DNA of 64,000 nt from Lytechinus pictus (lineage: Eukaryota). The notes under the pieces were generated by a model that was given only the letters and a program-made list of their open reading frames with translations, made no database searches and was not told the DNA's origin. Position numbers and translations under genes: made by a program. The stretch lies in the NCBI RefSeq assembly GCF_037042905.1, contig NC_087251.1, positions 43,960,001-44,024,000 on the forward strand, in the 5' to 3' direction. Shown in pieces: positions 39,764-51,375 of the stretch (positions are counted from its first letter, which is position 1; each line of letters opens with the position of its first letter).

Positions 39764-42700
39764 CCCAGGTAACAAGCCAACGTTGGTTCCACGTTGGAAA
39801 CTTGAAAGTCGTTGGATGTTGGAAAAACTTGATGGATTAACGTTGAATCGACGTTGGAAACTAGTTTGATGGAAAGATGATGGACAATCAACAATGACAC
39901 GACGTTGGCAACGTTGGAAACTTGTTAGTTGGAGAGTTATTGGACAGTCGACAATGTTACAATGTTGGAAACACGTTTGATTGGATAGTTGTTGAACAGC
40001 CAGCAAAGGCACAACGTTGGCAACGTTGGAAACTAGTTCGCTGGAAAGTTGTTGAACAACCGACAATGGCACAACGTTGACAAAGTTGGAAACTAGTTTG
40101 TTGGAGATTTGTTGGACGGTCGACAATGGCACAACGTTGGAGACTAGTAAGTTGGAGAGTTGTTGGACAGTCGACAATGTCACAACGTTGGAGACACGTT
40201 TGATTGGATAGTTGTTGACAGCCAGCAAAGGCACAACGTTGGCAACGTTGGAAACTAGTTCGCTGGAAAGTTGTTGAACAATCAACAATGACACGACGTT
40301 GCCAACGTTGGAAACTTGTTAGTTGGAGAGTTGTTGGACAGTCGACAATGGCACAACGATGGAAACTAGTAGGTTGGAGATTAGTTGGATAGTCGACGAT
40401 GACACAAGGTTGGCAACGTTGGAAACTAGTTCGATGGAAAGTTGTTGAACAACCAACTATGGCACAACGTTGTCAAAGATAGAAACTAGTTCGATGGAGA
40501 TTTGTTGGATAGTCGACGATGGCACAACGTTGGAAACTGGTAGATTGGAGATTAGTTAGATAGTATACAATGACACAACGTTGATAAAGCTGGAAACTAG
40601 TTAGATGGAAAGTTGTTGAACAACTGACACTGGCACAACGTTGGAAACTGGTAGATTGGAGATCAGTAGGATAGTCGACGATGACACAACGTTGGCAACG
40701 TTGGAAAGTTGTTGAACAACAGACAATGGCACAACATTGGAAACTAGTGTGTTGGAGATTTGTTGGACAGCCAACAACGTCACAACGTTGGAAACGCGTG
40801 TTTGATTGGATAGGTGTTGAACAGCCAACAAAGGCACAGCGTTGACTACGTCGGAAACTAGTTCGATGGAGAGTTGCTGAACAACCGACAAAGGAACAAC
40901 GTTGGAAACTATTTTTGGGAGATTTATTGGACAGTCGACAATGGCACAAAGTTGACAAAGTTGGAAACTAGTTTGATGGAGAGTTGTTGAACAACGGACA
41001 ATGGCACAACGTGGACAGCGTAATTGGAATAGTTTATTGGATAGTTGTTGACAGTTAACATTGACACAATGTTAGAAACTATAGTTTGTTGGATATTTGT
41101 TTGACAGTCAACATAATATCCCGGCATAATATACACAGTGTTGAGAACGTTAGAAACTGGTTCATTGGAGAATTGATAATGATATACAGACGACTACTTG
41201 CATAATTTCCAATGGGGCCAAGGGGGGGGGGGTCGATCAAGTAAGTTTGCTTGTCTATCCATGTCACCCTTGGTATCTCCCAGCAATAAGGGGAAAAGAA
41301 ATCGAGAGAGAAGGAAAATAATGGGAAGGGAAAGAGGAACTAAAACTAAGTCTAAGGGGATAACAAAAATAAAGATGGGGTAGAATAGAGAGGCTGCATG
41401 CACCGGGGGATGCAAATGTGTCGATTAATATAGAAAATAAAGGAGAAAAACAAGGAAAAAAATGTAGTTCAAGACCAGAATTTCCAGAAACGCCCTCGTC
41501 CTTTAATTTGCAGCTGGCTAGGCCTTTCACAGTAAGTACGAGATATGTCATAGGCCCACCGTCACATAACTATAGAAGAAATTGAAGAAGGAAATACAAG
41601 CATCAAATGTGCCTATTTAAAAATACCATACTATTCTGATGCGCATAATTAATCGCGACGTCGGACTCCTTCTGTCATGTCTGTGTAGTCTGCTTCCTTC
41701 AATTTTGAACTTGAAGAATCTGGCAGAATGTGGGCTGGATATAGACAATTAAATTCCAGAATATCTAGTGATCTGGAATAGTACTTATAAGCTGCATATT
41801 TAGGACCTACAATCTACAGTGGAATTTTCTTTGCACTTGCAAAGTCAGCTTCTGTGCGCGTACAGTCCGACGCTAGTATATTCGTGTAAGTAGTTGTAAA
41901 GTAGTACTGAACACCAGTCACTGCACAGTATAACATACTAACTAACCTCGTAATAAGCTTGTGTGAGTGACTAATACTAACCTCGCAATACGTGTGAGTG
42001 GGAACGAGTATGCGATACCAAGGCCAGGGCAAGGCAACAGTCATTGGGTGATTTCAATAATTTAAAGTACAGTGTTGAAATCTGGTGTTGGTGTTGTGAC
42101 AACACCGTACTTGAATCAGGCTGGTGTTGAGATTGACCTCAGAAAATATGGTGTATTTCCGGCAGTTTGTGTTGAAGGCTGGTGTTGATTGTCATCTGCT
42201 GAACCCAACACTGCACTGTGGCTGCATGGTGTTGATGATATCTACATGCAATTTCCCCATTCAGCAACACCGACCCCCAGGGATTGGGAGAATCGTGATT
42301 TAAAGTTCAGTGTTGGCGTTGATGAACTGTAGCTCACGAACAGGGGGCGAACACGACGAACCATCTCCGTAAAATTATCTTTTACATTTAAGATGAGAGC
42401 AAATCATTGGAGTTTTAATACAATTCAATGAAAAATAATATTACGCTTGGTGTTGGAGCTCAGTTCAGCAGCCCTTTCACGCTCTTAACACCGTACACCG
42501 TACTTGAAATCACCCAAATGACTTGCTACCTGGCATTCCTGCCTTATTTATTATACGCTGCCTTGAATTGACCTGGTCGGTCCTGCCTGGCCTAGCCTGG
42601 ACCGAGTGTTTTCAAACTGCAGTCAAACCTGTAGTTGCTATGTGAGGCATGCTACACTTGACGCTGAAATATCATTTAATAGTTATGGCACGAGCGAGAC

Positions 42701-44460
42701 TAGGCCATGGCCATGCATATTGAGATATCAGTTGACTTCTATCTTAATCAAAAAGAGTCAGTAGCTACGTTACTCTGAGTGAGGCCAAGTTACGCGACCT
42801 CCTTTTTAGATTTTGTAAATACTGAGAGACTGCAATTACACATGTGAGTTTTTGTGATGATTACTGACGTACGTTGCAATTGGCATTGCATACCGAGTCA
42901 TTAAACCATTGTAGACAGAAACAGAGATTGCAACTCGCAAGAAAATGTAATACATGTACATCTTAATTCTTATTACATATGCATATGTTTTTTTGGTATT
43001 AGTCTTGTTTGAGAAAAAGAGGATGTCAAAAAAGTTTGAATGCTACAAAGGCCTCAATAAATATCACACGTAATTATCTTGATTCCTCTTAATTATGTGA
43101 AGAGACTTGTAACAGAAAGAATGAAAAGAAATGAATAGCTGTAATAATAGTTGTGATGTTTTGATAGAATCATGAACAGGTTACAGATGATGATGGCACA
43201 GTGTTGAAAACTGTTTGATGGAGATGGCGCATCGTTGGATTTGTTTAAAATTAGACCAACAAAGAATCAACGTTACAACAACATTTAACCGATATTAGAC
43301 AAACATTGAATCAACGTTTACGCCAACGTTGAACTAACATTGGACTAAAGTTGAATCAACTTTCCATCAACATTGGACCAACATTATACCAACGTTGGAT
43401 CAACGTCACCCAACGTTGGACCAACATTGAACCAACGCTGCCATACCTGCCTCATCTGGACATAATGATTATGCACTCATGAATATTCATTACATCAGTA
43501 AATGACCAAAATTTTAGGTAATATTGCTATAATAATTAGAGTATTTATGTTTATTCAATATTTCCACCATGAAAAGTTTCAGAAAAGTATGTGGCTCCAT
43601 TACCATATCATTTATGATAAAAACATATTATTCTAAGTGAAATTTTCAAGGTTAAGTGTGGAAAATGATATTAACTGTATTCTGCCAAGTATAGCAAAGT
43701 TGCTCTATATATAGGAGTCAATGACAGGATACAGTGGATAGGTGTAGGATGATAGGAATAGGATATAGGATTAGGATGTAGGATTTTAGGATAGGATAAG
43801 ACATGATGATAAAGATTAGAGTGTAGAGTTGTAATGGTGGACTTCACCTTGAAACCAATTAATGTTTTGTTAATTACTGCCATACGTTGGAATTACGTTG
43901 GAGCAATGTTGGAGCAACGTTGTGACAACGTTGTAACAATGTTGGAGCAATGTTGCCAGACAACGTTGGAGCATTGTTGCTGGACAGCGTTGAACCAACG
44001 TTGTAAACATAGTTGGACTGACGATGTATGCACGTGCACGTCCATCGCTGCTTCGACGTTGCCCATCAACGTTGCAGCAACGCTGTTATTGATGACTCAG
44101 CCGACATTATACCAACGTTGGAGCATTGATGGTGGACAACGTTGAACTGACGTTGGAAATGTTGTTGGTCTGACGATGTATGGACGTGCACTTCTATCGA
44201 TGATGCAACGTTGCTTACCAACGTTGTAGCAATGTTGTATTTGACTATTTAGCCAACATTGGATAAACGTTGCCAGACAACGTTGAAACATTGTTGCTGG
44301 ACAACGTTGAACTGACGTTGGAAATGTTGTTGGTCTGACGATGTATGCGCGTGCACTTCTATCGATGATGCAACGTTTGCCTGCCAACGTTGAGGCAACG
44401 TTGGGAAAAAATTTCCCAACGTTGATCCAACGTTGGTCCAACGCTGTATTGTTACCTGGG
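39764..44460. mobile_element. 4.7-kb non-autonomous CMC/EnSpm-like DNA transposon inserted in the LTR-element leader
   Basis: 12-bp TIR CCCAGGTAACAA / TTGTTACCTGGG. Massive subterminal arrays of the palindrome CAACGTTG (39776-41160 and 43240-44448). No transposase ORF and no clean TSD. Confidence 0.8.
42046..42515. mobile_element. MITE (TIR GGGTGATTTCAA) nested in the CMC-like element
   Basis: GGGTGATTTCAA … TTGAAATCACCC. Same termini as 56100-56339. Confidence 0.78.
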
Positions 44461-44560
44461 GAACTGGTTGGCGAAGGACTTGGTTGGAGCAAAAATTGGA
44501 GAAAGATCAATCGGTTTACAACAGTTGACAATCACCATTTTCTGAATTAAGCTGTCGAAC

Positions 44561-47500
44561 ATGGAAGCAGTACAGGGGAATCCTGCTTATCATTTAACAC
44601 CTGCGGAGCTGATCCAACAAGTGGAAGACCATATTACAGAAATCAACGAACAACTCACTGATTTGCACCGAACATCTGGGTCTCCACTGCCACGTCGTCA
44701 CTCACAGCAGAGCACTCCGCTCTTCCAACATTCTGGTGATACAGGGATTGCTAGCATGCCTCCCACTGGCGTTAGGACATCGGCTATGAATGACGGAGTG
44801 CGAGAAACAGAACCATCTCTTCAACCGAGAAGGCTGATCAGAGGGAGTACCGCACATGAGATTGCGGCTGACTCAACAACTCCTATCGGTTATCCCCGCA
44901 TGCCGCCTGTAGGAAATTCCCACCAAACATTTGATAACTTGCCTACGACGTCTGACCACACAGTAGAGGGAATTCGGCAGAGCCCTCGAGTCAACGCGCC
45001 CCTTCCCCGGCCTTCCTTTCCTGGGTCATATAGTCCTCAGATGTACCAACAGTTTCCAGTTAGGGATGAAACTGCCTCAAACTATCAATTCCCTGGCCGA
45101 ATGAGCGACCACCATGATCGATTTAATAATCGACCATCTTTCAAAGGACAAACAGAGGACATTAATGCAAAGCCTTGCATGTTACCAGATCGCTTCGACG
45201 GGAAGGCTCCAATCCTTGATTACTTGGAGCATTTCGAGGCATGTGCTGTCATCAACAACTGGACGGACAGGCAGGCATCACATTTCCTGGCAGCTAGTTT
45301 GAGGGGTCCGGCACTGAAACTTTTGGCGAAGCATGGTGAGATGGAGCTGCCATATCAGGAGTTGGTCAACAGGCTTAAACAACGTTTTGGTCCTTCAGGG
45401 AAGGCTGATGTATTTCTAGCAGAGCTAAGAGCACGACGTAGGAAGCCACAAGAGACACTCCAAGAACTTGGGCAAAGCATCCGAGACCTGGCAGGGATGG
45501 CCTATCAAGAGTTTGACCCAGATGGTCAAGATAAACTAGCCCGAAGTCATTTCATGGATGCAGTGGTGAACCCGGCAATTCGAGAAGGTCTGTTTCGAGC
45601 TCAACCACGTACCTTGGATGAGGCCATACAGGCAGCTCTGAACACAGAGGCATTCCTTAAGATGGAGACAGAGCGAAGCGAATTCAGACATTCTCCCCGG
45701 CACAGTCATAGTCGGGCACTGACCAACAATGAGCAGCCGCAGAGCCCTGCTAGCCCCAATACAGCAGAAGTCGTCAGAAAGATGGAAAAGATGCTAGCTG
45801 ATCTTACAGCTAGGTTGGATTTGCTAACCAAATATGTAAGCAGTGCGTCACAGGGAGGCAACACCGGACCGCAACTCCAAAAGAGACGACAGTATGACGG
45901 AATCTGCTATAACTGCGGACAGCAGGGACATTTCGCCCGAAATTGTCCTTATGAAGAGAAAGACACCAAACGCTGTCACCTTTGTCATGGAACCGGACAT
46001 TTCAAGAAGGACTGCCCAAATAATCTACTAGATATTGAGAGGGGGCAATCCAGTCATTCCAGTCCAGATGGAAAAGATTCAGGAGGGAACAGACAGCAAA
46101 CATCTAGACCGGATGGCCAACCAGGAGCTGGACACGTTCGAGTTGGTACGTCAGGAAACGTCAAGCGGCAAGGCATTTTCATTGAGTCTAAAGTCAATGG
46201 GCAGTCAGTAACATTCCTGATTGATACTGGATCGTCGCAATCTTTTATTGCCGACAATGTTTTCAACATGATCGACAAGGAAAAGCAGCCAGTCTTGGAG
46301 GAAATGAATAACACGGTGCAGCAGGCTGATGGATCACCTTTAGACACAAGGGGAAAAGCCGCGATGGAACTGCACATTGGAGGATTGGTCTTCATGGTCG
46401 AACTGACCGTGGCTACATTGAAGAATGAGGGTATCATCGGTCTTGACCTGTTAATTCAGATGCATGCTGAACTAGATTGCCATAAGATGGAACTTCGAAC
46501 ACCCTGGCAATCCATCCCATGTAAAGACCAGGAGGGCAGACACTTTTGCTGCAGAGTCGTGGCCTCCGAAACCAGTATCGTCCCTGCCGGGCATGAGGTT
46601 GTTCTCAAAGGAGAAGTGGCTGGATGTAACTCCATGACCATTAGCGGGGTCGGATTGTTGGAAGCCCCTACCAGTTCGACAGAATTGAGCAAGAAGGGCC
46701 TCCTAGTAGCCAGGGCTGTGGTTCCAGCAGATGCAGAAACTTTGCCAATAAGGATCTTCAACTCAACTAGAAGGCAAACCACTGTCAAGAAGGGCATGAT
46801 GGTGGCAAGTTTGAGTTCGATTCAAGAAGTAGAAGATATGGAGGAAGCCCGCTGTCCCCAATCTGACCAGATGTCGAACTCTGTACCAAAACATCTAGAA
46901 AATCTGTATCAACGAAGTACAGAGCAACTCCCTGAGCACCAGCGTGAAAAAGTGGTGGCATTGCTACAGGATTTTGCAGACATCTTTGCACAAAGTGCAA
47001 ATGACCTGGGGAAGACCAGCCTGGTACAGCATTCGATCAACACAGGGGATGCAAGACCGGTAAAACAGCCAGCAAGACGACATCCAGCAGGCCAGAGGGA
47101 AGAGATCGACAGGCAACTTGGTGACTTACTGACTAAAGGGCTGGTCGAACCGGTGTCAGGTCCATGGTCGTCTAATGTTGTTCTGGTTACCAAGAAGGAT
47201 GGCACCAAGCGGTTCTGTATAGATTACCGTCAACTGAACGAGGTGACAGTGAAGGACGCATACCCCCTACCCAGGATTGACGACACCCTGGATTCCTTAA
47301 GTGGTGCCAAGTGGTTTTCAACTCTAGATCTTGCCAGTGGTTATTGGCAAGTCCAGTTGGATGAACAAGCCAAGTTGAAGTCAGCATTCATGGCCAATGG
47401 TGGGTTGTATGGATGGCGTGTCATGCCCTTTGGACTGTGCAATGCGCCCGCCACCTTTGAACGGCTGATGGATAGAGTACTGTCCGGGTTGACATGGAAG

Positions 47501-49609
47501 ATGTTGCTTGTTTACTTAGATGACATCATCGTGTATGGGGAGACGGTTGAGGAGGAACTAGCTAGACTAAGAATTGTCTTCCAACGTTTGAGGGAATCTG
47601 GATTGAAGCTAAAACCGTCAAAGTGTCATCTGTTCCGGACCAGTGTCGTCTATCTGGGGCATGTGGTATCAGCAGATGGAGTCACAACAGACCCAGAAAA
47701 GACAGAAGCCATCAGAAATTGGCCAACTCCACGGTCCGTTAAAGAAGTCCGAAGCTTTATTGGACTAATGTCCTACTATCGACGCTTTGTGAAGGGATTT
47801 GCAATGGTGGCAAAACCATTACATCAATTGACGGAGAAGAACCGAGAATTTGAGTGGACAAAAGAGTGTCAGGAAGCGTTTGAAGAGCTGAAACGGAGAC
47901 TGATTACTCCACCTATCCTTGCTTATCCATCTGCAGAAGGGCGCTACATCTTGGACACCGATGCTAGTGACATGGGCATAGGGGCTGTCCTTTCTCAAGT
48001 GCAAGGAGGTGTCGAGAAGGTGATTGCCTATGCTAGTCGCACTCTACACAAGACAGAGCTGAACTACTGTGTCACCAGGAAGGAGCTTTTGGCAGTGGTG
48101 GTATTCCTGAGGCAGTTCCGCCAATACTTATATGGCCGACATGTCACCATCAGAACAGACCATGGATCTCTGCAATGGCTGGTTCACTTTAAAGATCCAA
48201 GAGGCCAGTTTGCTAGATGGATGGAGATTATAGCTGAGTACGACTTTGACATCCAACATAGGCAGGGACGGAGTCATGCGAATGCTGATGGTCTTTCCCG
48301 GAAACCTTGTTTGCAGTGCTGCCGGGAGGATGAAGGTTGTGTTGGACAGATTATGGCTACATGGGAGGTTGCACCCGAGCCAGCAACAAACATTGGTGAC
48401 TTACAACGAGAAGACGAGAATATCAGCCCTGTGCTGAATGCAAAGACCTCAGCAACCAAACCTTTGGAGGAAGAAAGTGCATCATGGTCAGTTAAAGCTA
48501 GAAGACTCCTTGAACACTGGGGAGCACTTGTTGTCACCGATGGGGTACTCTACCGACGCTGGGAATCTGAGGATGGAGCAACAATTCGCCGGCAGTTGGT
48601 CGTCCCAAAAGTCATGATCAAGGACATCATCCAGGAGACTCATGCAACCTTAACTGGAGGTCATTTTGGCGTGGAAAAGTCAATGGGAAGGGCTAGACTA
48701 AAGTATTACTGGGTCGGAATGAAAGAGGATTTCCGTTCTGCTCTAAGAGAATGTGACATCTGTGCTAGACGGAAAGTACATGGCCAAACAAGACGAGCCC
48801 CCTTGCAGCAAAGAATAAGTGGTTCACCCATGGAGAGGATTGCTTTAGACATCCTTGGCCCTCTACCCAAGACCGACAATGGCAACAAGTATGTTCTTGT
48901 CGTTGGGGATTACTTCACAAAATGGATGGAGGCATACCCAATCCCCGATGAGAGAGCTGAGACGGTGGCAGAGAAACTTGTCACAGAGTTTACATGTCGG
49001 TTTGGGGTTCCTAGGTATATCCATTCAGACCAGGGGCGCAACTTCGTGTCTGAAGTCTTCACAGAAGTCTGCAAGATCCTGGGAGTCACCAAAACCAGAA
49101 CCACTGCCTATAATCCCAAGTCCGATGGGCTAGTCGAAAGGTACAACCGTACCCTGGTGGATACAATCGCTGCATTCCTGGACATGGATGGAGAAAGGAA
49201 TTGGGATCAATTCATCCCCTTCGCTACATGTGCTTATAGAAGTTGCCCCCAGGGATCAACCGGTGAAACACCCAACATGTTAATGTTAGGGCGAGAAACA
49301 ACCATGCCTATGGACTGGGATCTCCCTCCTCCTGAGACCGCCGAATATGATGACCAGACAGACTACAGTACGTGCCAGGCTCCGGAATCGTCTAGAAAGA
49401 GCTCACAAGGTAGCAAGAGAATCCTTGAAGACAGCGAGTCGTCGGCAGAAGTCGTTCTACGACAGGAAGGTGCATACAGCTCTTTATGCTGTGGGACAAT
49501 TTGTATGGCTACGAAAGAAAACCAGAGAAAAGGGCCGCTGCCCGAAACTGCAACCACGATGGCTTGGCCCTTACCTAGTTGTTACTCGCCTGTCAGATGT
49601 CACAGTTAG
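44561..49609 (+). CDS. Gag-Pol polyprotein (capsid, 2 CCHC knuckles, protease, RT, RNase H, integrase core); out of frame after ~49367
   Basis: CYNCGQQGHFARNC and CHLCHGTGHFKKDC knuckles, LIDTGS protease, YPLPRID/MPFGL/YLDD RT, LDTDASD RNase H, and HHCC plus LDILG/HSDQG/GLVER integrase motifs. Confidence 0.97.
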   Translation: MEAVQGNPAYHLTPAELIQQVEDHITEINEQLTDLHRTSGSPLPRRHSQQSTPLFQHSGDTGIASMPPTGVRTSAMNDGVRETEPSLQPRRLIRGSTAHEIAADSTTPIGYPRMPPVGNSHQTFDNLPTTSDHTVEGIRQSPRVNAPLPRPSFPGSYSPQMYQQFPVRDETASNYQFPGRMSDHHDRFNNRPSFKGQTEDINAKPCMLPDRFDGKAPILDYLEHFEACAVINNWTDRQASHFLAASLRGPALKLLAKHGEMELPYQELVNRLKQRFGPSGKADVFLAELRARRRKPQETLQELGQSIRDLAGMAYQEFDPDGQDKLARSHFMDAVVNPAIREGLFRAQPRTLDEAIQAALNTEAFLKMETERSEFRHSPRHSHSRALTNNEQPQSPASPNTAEVVRKMEKMLADLTARLDLLTKYVSSASQGGNTGPQLQKRRQYDGICYNCGQQGHFARNCPYEEKDTKRCHLCHGTGHFKKDCPNNLLDIERGQSSHSSPDGKDSGGNRQQTSRPDGQPGAGHVRVGTSGNVKRQGIFIESKVNGQSVTFLIDTGSSQSFIADNVFNMIDKEKQPVLEEMNNTVQQADGSPLDTRGKAAMELHIGGLVFMVELTVATLKNEGIIGLDLLIQMHAELDCHKMELRTPWQSIPCKDQEGRHFCCRVVASETSIVPAGHEVVLKGEVAGCNSMTISGVGLLEAPTSSTELSKKGLLVARAVVPADAETLPIRIFNSTRRQTTVKKGMMVASLSSIQEVEDMEEARCPQSDQMSNSVPKHLENLYQRSTEQLPEHQREKVVALLQDFADIFAQSANDLGKTSLVQHSINTGDARPVKQPARRHPAGQREEIDRQLGDLLTKGLVEPVSGPWSSNVVLVTKKDGTKRFCIDYRQLNEVTVKDAYPLPRIDDTLDSLSGAKWFSTLDLASGYWQVQLDEQAKLKSAFMANGGLYGWRVMPFGLCNAPATFERLMDRVLSGLTWKMLLVYLDDIIVYGETVEEELARLRIVFQRLRESGLKLKPSKCHLFRTSVVYLGHVVSADGVTTDPEKTEAIRNWPTPRSVKEVRSFIGLMSYYRRFVKGFAMVAKPLHQLTEKNREFEWTKECQEAFEELKRRLITPPILAYPSAEGRYILDTDASDMGIGAVLSQVQGGVEKVIAYASRTLHKTELNYCVTRKELLAVVVFLRQFRQYLYGRHVTIRTDHGSLQWLVHFKDPRGQFARWMEIIAEYDFDIQHRQGRSHANADGLSRKPCLQCCREDEGCVGQIMATWEVAPEPATNIGDLQREDENISPVLNAKTSATKPLEEESASWSVKARRLLEHWGALVVTDGVLYRRWESEDGATIRRQLVVPKVMIKDIIQETHATLTGGHFGVEKSMGRARLKYYWVGMKEDFRSALRECDICARRKVHGQTRRAPLQQRISGSPMERIALDILGPLPKTDNGNKYVLVVGDYFTKWMEAYPIPDERAETVAEKLVTEFTCRFGVPRYIHSDQGRNFVSEVFTEVCKILGVTKTRTTAYNPKSDGLVERYNRTLVDTIAAFLDMDGERNWDQFIPFATCAYRSCPQGSTGETPNMLMLGRETTMPMDWDLPPPETAEYDDQTDYSTCQAPESSRKSSQGSKRILEDSESSAEVVLRQEGAYSSLCCGTICMATKENQRKGPLPETATTMAWPLPSCYSPVRCHS

Positions 49610-50267
49610 GATTCAACAGTCACGGAGGTCTAAACCACTGGTCGTACACATTGACAGGCTGAAGCCCTATCAAGGCGTAAGGCTTCCCACTTGGGAATTC
49701 AGACCCGCTGGAGAAGACTTGGTCCCGGAGAATTCAGCGGATGAAGAATCAGGACAAAGTTCGCCAAGTAGTGCCAACAGGCATGACACAACCGACTCCC
49801 CAGCAGACATCCTGCCAGATGTTGATGTGCCTGGAGACCCACCAGACCAGACGCCAGCAGGTGAAGACGCATCTGATAGACCAGAAGATGACACGTTAAC
49901 AACTGACCATGATACTGAAAGTTCCCCAGAAGACGTTATGCCAGATGTTGATGTGCCTGGAGATCCACCAGACAGAAGCCATGCCGCAGATGATACCCTT
50001 GCAGGTGAACCACATGAAGCTTCGGCGGACGACCACACTTTGGAAAGCTCCTCAGGAGACATTCCACCCAATGACGATGTACCTGGAGAGCCACCAGACA
50101 ACAGTCCAGCAGACGCAACAGATGGAGCAACAGCAGGGGGTACAACTAATGAACAATTACCCACTGCTACAGGAGAAACCACACCTGAAAAAGAAACTTC
50201 AGCCAGACGGTATCCCTCCCGTGACAGACGACCTGCTACATACCTGCGGGATTATTTTGTGACATGA
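49368..50267 (+). pseudogene. Integrase C-terminal part (GPY/F domain plus acidic repeats), frameshifted +1 relative to gag-pol
   Basis: RLRNRLERAH…QKSFYDRK…KLQPRWLGPYLV…VVHIDRLKPY, three DVPG(D/E)PPD repeats, terminal RRYPSRDRRPATYLRDY. Confidence 0.9.
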
Positions 50268-50589
50268 GTTTCCTACAACTTTAACCAGGACTAAGTTACC
50301 AGTTCTGAAGGATACATGATAATGAACTCAATTGCAATCTTCAAGCTTTTTACGGATACCGGACGTCAAAAATATTGACTTTTGTGGTCTTTAATCAATG
50401 CATAATTTCAGTGTTGCTTTGCATTGTATAAAAAAAAGTTGTACTGAATTACCTGTTACAAGAAACTATATGACAAAGTCTTTATTGTGTTTCGAAACTT
50501 AAAGTTGAAATTATGTTGTTTTGAAGTTTTTCGTTACCTTCTGTTTAGTAGTTGACAGTTTGTTATTAATTAGCTTGGGGACCAAGCTC

Positions 50590-50603
50590 GAGAGAGGAGG
50601 GAG
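50590..50603 (+). promoter_or_regulatory. Polypurine tract
   Basis: GAGAGAGGAGGGAG, 3 nt upstream of the 3' LTR. Confidence 0.88.
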
Positions 50604-50606
50604 TCG

Positions 50607-51375
50607 TGTAACGAACTATGTTTCCGATTTAATGTCATAGAGATGTTATACGGTCTGTAAACGTAGACTATATGGAAATCGTATGTGTAGACGTTCTATG
50701 ATTTAACGAGAATTAGCCAAAATCGCACATTTTATAAACATGTTGGAGTTGTCATGAAACCTTTTGATTAATTTATTATTAGCAAAGTTGCCTAAGCATT
50801 ATCCAGTTGTTTTATTCGAGAAAGCTGGTTGATTAGCAAAGTTAATTAGGTTATTGTAGTTGTTGAAGTCATCTTTAGTAACTGTTTTATCGAAGTGTTA
50901 AAAAATGCATAAATACGAGGAGCCAACTGCTATGAAGGACGTTCTGTGTTACGGCCCTTTATCGTAGTGCAAATGCTGCCCTTCATCTCTTGTATCTCAT
51001 TTTGCTCTGTACAATGATATATCTTTGAGAAATTAAAGGTAAAGATCAAGCATTGAACCTACACTCTGGACTACGTTCTTTTGAGTGTTATAAAGGATCA
51101 AATGATTGGTGTACGGAACGAATGCTGGTGATTGAATGGTCGACGGATGTCCGATTGACTGAAATGAGACGAGAGAGGTGATCGATTGCAATCGACGGAT
51201 TATCTGACTGGAGAAACCAGAGACGACGGTTGGTGATGGTTGTTAATCAGTCTTTTCCATAAACCATCAGCAACGGTCATATACTTTGACCAAACGAACG
51301 CAACTGACGGTCAGGCACGGTGGCATCCTGACAAGAAAACCGTGTCAGCTGAAAGTTGGATTAGAGGCCGTCACA
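50607..51375 (+). repeat. 3' LTR
   Basis: 769-bp direct repeat of 38735-39503. Confidence 0.97.

Larger units (their letters stand above)
38735..51375 (+). mobile_element. Ty3/Gypsy LTR retrotransposon, full length with nested insertion
   Basis: Two 769-bp TG…CA LTRs, 4-bp TSD GTAC (38731-38734 and 51376-51379), PBS, PPT, and gag-PR-RT-RH-IN domain order. Confidence 0.97.

Noticed and set aside
39368..40958. ORFs upstream of gag (WCRTGWRRTG, SAPTSPSPTS and VQQLS repeats) as an accessory gene
   Set aside because: Translations of tandem DNA repeats that span LTR and insertion boundaries.
39776..41160. Repeat/variable-spacer appearance suggesting a CRISPR-like array
   Set aside because: The intervening segments are diverged copies of one another. 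The array is subterminal to TIRs in a eukaryotic context and there are no cas genes.
49364..49370. TACAGTA as a Sleeping Beauty-type footprint causing the integrase frameshift
   Set aside because: Removing the 5-nt footprint does not restore the frame. A 1- or 4-nt removal is required.
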